The position numbers and the translations under genes are program-made. From sequence record DRR723986_3489: a stretch of DNA of 64,000 bases; one strand, written 5' to 3'. Shown here in pieces: positions 59,954 through 64,000 of this stretch. The notes under the pieces are model-generated. The model was given only the letters and a program-made list of their open reading frames with translations, searched no databases and was not told where the DNA came from. Each line of letters starts with the position of its first letter. Position 1 is the stretch's first letter.

Positions 59954-60751
59954 TCAAAATGGATAACTAGATAATATTTTTACCATTTCTCCCAAATTTC
60001 GGGCATTGAGCTTTTTAAGGATGTTTTTCCGATGAGTCCCTACAGTATTCACTGAAATATTTAAGTGTGCAGCAATTTCCTTGGACTCTTTACCATCCAG
60101 AATCAGATCAACAATTTCCTTTTCCTTTTTGGTGAGAGAAACCACACGGCTATTTGGAGAGTTTTTACTCACAAATACTCTTGTTTCATCTGCTTTTTGG
60201 TAGGAATAATTCCAATCGTACCCACCAGATTTAGGTGGATTGTGCATTTGCACTATAATATGCAAGTCCATCGCAAAATTCCCCGCTGAATCAATTAAAT
60301 AAGGTCTTACTTTTCCCAGCATCCAAGAAATGGCCTTCGTCTTTCGATGAACCCAACGCGTAGTGTATGAAAATTCAAAGGTATGCTTCTCAGCCAAAGT
60401 GAGTTGATGGAAGTTATCGAAAACAATTTTCTGAAAGCGGAAAAGCTCCTCTCTATCTTCAGGATGTATCATTGCAAAGGAAGTTTCCATTCCTTGCGAA
60501 CGAAACATAGCTGCTGGATAGCCTGTCAACTCCTCTACATTGCCCGTGAAAAAAGCCAAACTCAATTTTCTATAGTCAAAGCAGGCAATCGTAAGACCTT
60601 CCTGCATGCCAATATTCTGGCTCAATTGCTCGAGTTGCTCCATTTTATGGTCTTCTTCTGGATGGTCTTGAAACTCCTGCTCTTTCCACTCCTGAAAAAA
60701 TTGAGTGTATTTATTTTGCTTCCGCAAATCTTTTAGCAATACTTTATCCAT
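59954..60751 (-). CDS. PAS-like sensor plus LuxR HTH transcriptional regulator
   Basis: VEELTGY...MIHPEDR (PAS-like); LTKKEKEIV...ISVNTVGTHRKNILKKL. Confidence 0.88.
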   Translation of the reverse strand: MDKVLLKDLRKQNKYTQFFQEWKEQEFQDHPEEDHKMEQLEQLSQNIGMQEGLTIACFDYRKLSLAFFTGNVEELTGYPAAMFRSQGMETSFAMIHPEDREELFRFQKIVFDNFHQLTLAEKHTFEFSYTTRWVHRKTKAISWMLGKVRPYLIDSAGNFAMDLHIIVQMHNPPKSGGYDWNYSYQKADETRVFVSKNSPNSRVVSLTKKEKEIVDLILDGKESKEIAAHLNISVNTVGTHRKNILKKLNARNLGEMVKILSSYPF

Positions 60752-60796
60752 GAAAAAATCATTTTATTTTTAAGATAAGACACGAAAACAAACATC

Positions 60797-63403
60797 TTAT
60801 GTTTCAATTTTCTTTTTGATCTCATGCAATTTTAAGAGTGCTTCAATCGGAGAAATTGCGTTAATATCTATTCCCTCAATCAGCTCTTTTGCTTCCTTCA
60901 TCTTTGGATCCATCTCGAACATGCTTAGCTGATAATTATTTTTAGGAATGGATTTAACATTTTCCTTTTGCTCCGCCATAGCCTTGTCCTTCTCCAAGTG
61001 CGACATAATCTCAGCTGCCCTCAACACTATAGGATTAGGCATTCCCGCCATTTGGGCCACATGGATACCAAAGCTGTGCTCGCTACCTCCTTGTTTCAGT
61101 TTACGCATGAAAATCACCTTGTTTCCAACTTCCTTTACCGAGACATTGAAATTCTTGATTTTGGGGAAGTCAGAAGCCAATTGATTTAATTCATGGTAAT
61201 GCGTTGCAAAAAGTGTCTTTGCCCGGAAGGTAGGGTGGTTGTGCAAGTACTCCACGATAGACCAAGCAATGGAAATCCCATCGTAAGTTGACGTTCCCCT
61301 TCCGATTTCATCCATCAGAACCAGACTTCTATCTGATAGATTATTTAGAATACTTGCCGTCTCGGTCATCTCCACCATAAAGGTCGATTCTCCCTTAGAG
61401 AGATTATCCGATGCACCTACACGCGTAAAAACCTTATCGATAATACCTATTCTCGCGAAGGACGCAGGTACAAAACTACCCATTTGAGCCATCAGCACTG
61501 TGAGAGCCGTTTGACGCAACAGAGCGGATTTACCAGCCATATTAGGACCTGTGATAATCATGATCTGCTGAGAATCATGATCCAGATAAATGTCGTTCGG
61601 AACGTAATTTTCGCCTGGAGGCAGCTGTTTTTCAATTACTGGATGACGGCCATCTTTGATTTCGAGTGTTTCTGTTTCGGAAATTTTTGGTCTGCAATAC
61701 CCGTTGGAAAGTGCAACTTGGGCAAAGGAAAGTAACACATCCAGTGTTCCTAGCACTCGAGCATTCTGTTGAATTTGCGTTACATATTGAGCGGTCTCTT
61801 GTACCAATGCCAAGAAAAATCGCTGCTCAATCGCAATCATTTTATCTTCTGCATTCAGGATCTTGTCCTCGTATTCTTTCAATTCTGGAGTGATGTATCG
61901 CTCCGCATTCACTAGCGTTTGCTTACGAATCCACTCCGCAGGAACTTTGTCTTTGTGAGCGTTACTAACTTCCAGATAATACCCAAAAACCTTGTTGAAA
62001 GCAATTTTCAAAGAAGTAATTCCTGTTTTCTGAACTTCCCGCTGCTGGATTTGCACCAAAAAATCCTTACCTGTATTCGCTAGACCTCTATATTCATCTA
62101 ATTCCGAATCTACACCGTCATTAATTATTCCACCTTGGTGAGTGAGCATGGGCGCATCTTCCTTGAGCTCTGTATTAATCTTTTCCAGTAAGAACTCACA
62201 AGGGTGCAGCTGATCCGAAAGCCTTTTTAGGGTAGGGTTCTTTTGGTTTTTTAGAAGCTCTTTAATCGGCTGAATGTTAATCAGCGCACGTTTGATCTGA
62301 TTGATCTCACGGGGATTTGCACGACCTACAACTACCTTAGAAATCAATCGCTCCAGATCGCCGATATGCTTTAGTGGATCGACCATTTCATCTATCAGAG
62401 CAGAATTTTGGTAGAAAAATTCGACTACGTTCTGACGCTCCACGATGGCTGCTTTCTCCTTTAGCGGTAGCACCATCCATTTTTTCATCATTCTAGAGCC
62501 CATGGGCGTCACCGTCTGATCCAGGATATTGATCAAAGGAATACCGCCTTCGTGCTGAGGGAAAACCAATTCTAGGTTTCGAATGGTGAATTTGTCCAAC
62601 CAGACATATTTTTCCTCTGCTATTCTTGAAATCGAAGAAATATGCTGAATCTCCTTGTGCTCAGTTTCTTCCAGATAATACAAAATCGCACCCGCTGCTA
62701 CGATCCCCATTTCCAGCTCTTCTACACCAAACCCTTTAAGGTTAGCAGTTCCAAAATGGGTCTTTAGTTTTTCATACGTGAAGTCATATTGATACACCCA
62801 ATCCTCACAGTGAAATGTGATAAAATCATTCTTTAATAGGTCTGAAGCAGCTTTTTTAGCAGTTTTGGAAAATATAATTTCTGCTGGAGCAAAGCTTTGT
62901 ATCAGTTTTTCTAGATAAGAAGCAGAGCCTTCCGCACACATAAATTCACCCGTAGAAAGATCCAGAAATGCGATTCCATGCTTGTCCTTTCCAAAATAAA
63001 TTGAAGCGAGGTAATTGTTTTTTTTCGTGTCTAACACCTGGTCATTAAATGAAAGACCTGGTGTCACCAATTCTGTAACTCCACGCTTCACGATTCCTTT
63101 TACCGACTTTGGATCTTCGAGCTGATCACAGATAGCGACACGATTTCCTGCACGGACTAATTTCGGTAGATACGTATCCAAAGAATGGTGAGGAAAACCA
63201 GCAAGCTCAATATGAGATGCGGAACCGTTAGCTCTTTTGGTCAACACGATATCCAGAATTTTGCTGGCACGAACGGCATCTTCACCGAAAGTCTCATAAA
63301 AATCCCCAACCCGAAACAGCAATAACGCACCAGGATGCTTGGCTTTGATCGCATTGTACTGCTTCATTAAAGGCGTTTCTTTGCCGTCTTTAGACTTACT
63401 CAT
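60797..63403 (-). CDS. mutS: DNA mismatch repair protein MutS
   Basis: TPLMKQY, FRVGDFYETF, TGPNMAGKS, STFMVEM, DEIGRGTST. Confidence 0.98.
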   Translation of the reverse strand: MSKSKDGKETPLMKQYNAIKAKHPGALLLFRVGDFYETFGEDAVRASKILDIVLTKRANGSASHIELAGFPHHSLDTYLPKLVRAGNRVAICDQLEDPKSVKGIVKRGVTELVTPGLSFNDQVLDTKKNNYLASIYFGKDKHGIAFLDLSTGEFMCAEGSASYLEKLIQSFAPAEIIFSKTAKKAASDLLKNDFITFHCEDWVYQYDFTYEKLKTHFGTANLKGFGVEELEMGIVAAGAILYYLEETEHKEIQHISSISRIAEEKYVWLDKFTIRNLELVFPQHEGGIPLINILDQTVTPMGSRMMKKWMVLPLKEKAAIVERQNVVEFFYQNSALIDEMVDPLKHIGDLERLISKVVVGRANPREINQIKRALINIQPIKELLKNQKNPTLKRLSDQLHPCEFLLEKINTELKEDAPMLTHQGGIINDGVDSELDEYRGLANTGKDFLVQIQQREVQKTGITSLKIAFNKVFGYYLEVSNAHKDKVPAEWIRKQTLVNAERYITPELKEYEDKILNAEDKMIAIEQRFFLALVQETAQYVTQIQQNARVLGTLDVLLSFAQVALSNGYCRPKISETETLEIKDGRHPVIEKQLPPGENYVPNDIYLDHDSQQIMIITGPNMAGKSALLRQTALTVLMAQMGSFVPASFARIGIIDKVFTRVGASDNLSKGESTFMVEMTETASILNNLSDRSLVLMDEIGRGTSTYDGISIAWSIVEYLHNHPTFRAKTLFATHYHELNQLASDFPKIKNFNVSVKEVGNKVIFMRKLKQGGSEHSFGIHVAQMAGMPNPIVLRAAEIMSHLEKDKAMAEQKENVKSIPKNNYQLSMFEMDPKMKEAKELIEGIDINAISPIEALLKLHEIKKKIET

Positions 63404-63492
63404 GGGGTATGCTTACTTTTGTACGTAATTTCGAAAATTCACTCTGGGAATAAAGTCGAAAATAAGCCATTCATAAAGCAGAACAAAAAAGC

Positions 63493-64000
63493 ATGAAAAA
63501 ATTAAGCATGGAAGAGCTCGAAAGAGTGTCAGTCGAGGAGTTTAAAGAAATGGATAAATCGCCTATTGTGCTCGTTTTGGACAATGTTCGCAGCTTAAAT
63601 AACGTGGGTTCTGCTTTCAGAACAGGAGATGCATTTGGTGTAGAAAAAATTTACCTCTGCGGAATTACAGGTACTCCACCTCATCGTGATATTCAGAAAA
63701 CTGCTTTGGGTGCAACCGAATCAGTGGAATGGGAATATTGTCTCAATACTATGCTGGCAATGGATAAATTAAAATCTGAAGGCTATCAAATATGTGCACT
63801 TGAACAAGTAGATCGCTCGGTGATGTTGAATGAATTTATTCCCGAAAAAGGAAAAAAATACGCGTTGGTGTTCGGAAATGAGGTTTTTGGGGTAGAAGAA
63901 GAAGTGCTTAATGCATGTGATGCGGTGTTGGAAATCCCACAATTGGGTACTAAGCACTCTTTGAATATTTCCGTTTCGCTAGGAATAGCGGTTTGGGATT
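63493..64000 (+). CDS. TrmH/SpoU family RNA methyltransferase, runs off the window end
   Basis: Translated by eye: MKKLSMEEL...LVLDNVRSLNNVGSAFRTGDAF...VFGNEVFGV...EIPQLGTKHSLNISV. Confidence 0.93.
   Translation, partial: MKKLSMEELERVSVEEFKEMDKSPIVLVLDNVRSLNNVGSAFRTGDAFGVEKIYLCGITGTPPHRDIQKTALGATESVEWEYCLNTMLAMDKLKSEGYQICALEQVDRSVMLNEFIPEKGKKYALVFGNEVFGVEEEVLNACDAVLEIPQLGTKHSLNISVSLGIAVWD

Overview
Chromosomal window from a Bacteroidota bacterium. Gene content and the TAnnTTTG-type promoters suggest Cytophagales/Cyclobacteriaceae, Algoriphagus-like (inference). Most of it is housekeeping: def, rlmN, mutL with two rhomboids, a GH3/beta-lactamase-fold fusion, coaX, guaB, prmC, the kynurenine genes nbaC-kynU-kmo, pheS, DUF4212-actP-acs, apbE, ruvB, secA, dapF, tRNA-Leu(TAA), tRNA-Gly(GCC), mutS and a truncated TrmH gene. 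Accessory parts are an Xre/RES toxin-antitoxin pair with a perfect 17-bp inverted-repeat operator, and a four-gene minus-strand module just 3' of tRNA-Leu (52107-59546). That module encodes an exported, membrane-anchored TPR-CHAT (caspase-like) protease with an intact His/Cys dyad, an ECF sigma factor, a translationally coupled single-pass TPR anti-sigma candidate and a large surface lipoprotein. The bipartite motif TTGATGAC-N15/16-CGATG lies upstream of the protease, the sigma/anti-sigma pair and the lipoprotein. This points to a self-contained, autoregulated, caspase-controlled sigma circuit, and it is the best candidate for an undescribed system. Other signals: a guaB 5'UTR hairpin positioned for GTP-dependent start-site control, a def gene whose start codon is out of frame, degenerate MutL endonuclease motifs, a dispersed REP/MITE-like repeat and 7/8-nt periodic intergenic tracts. 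No CRISPR array, integrase or transposase was seen. All protein family calls come from motifs read by eye, not from database searches.
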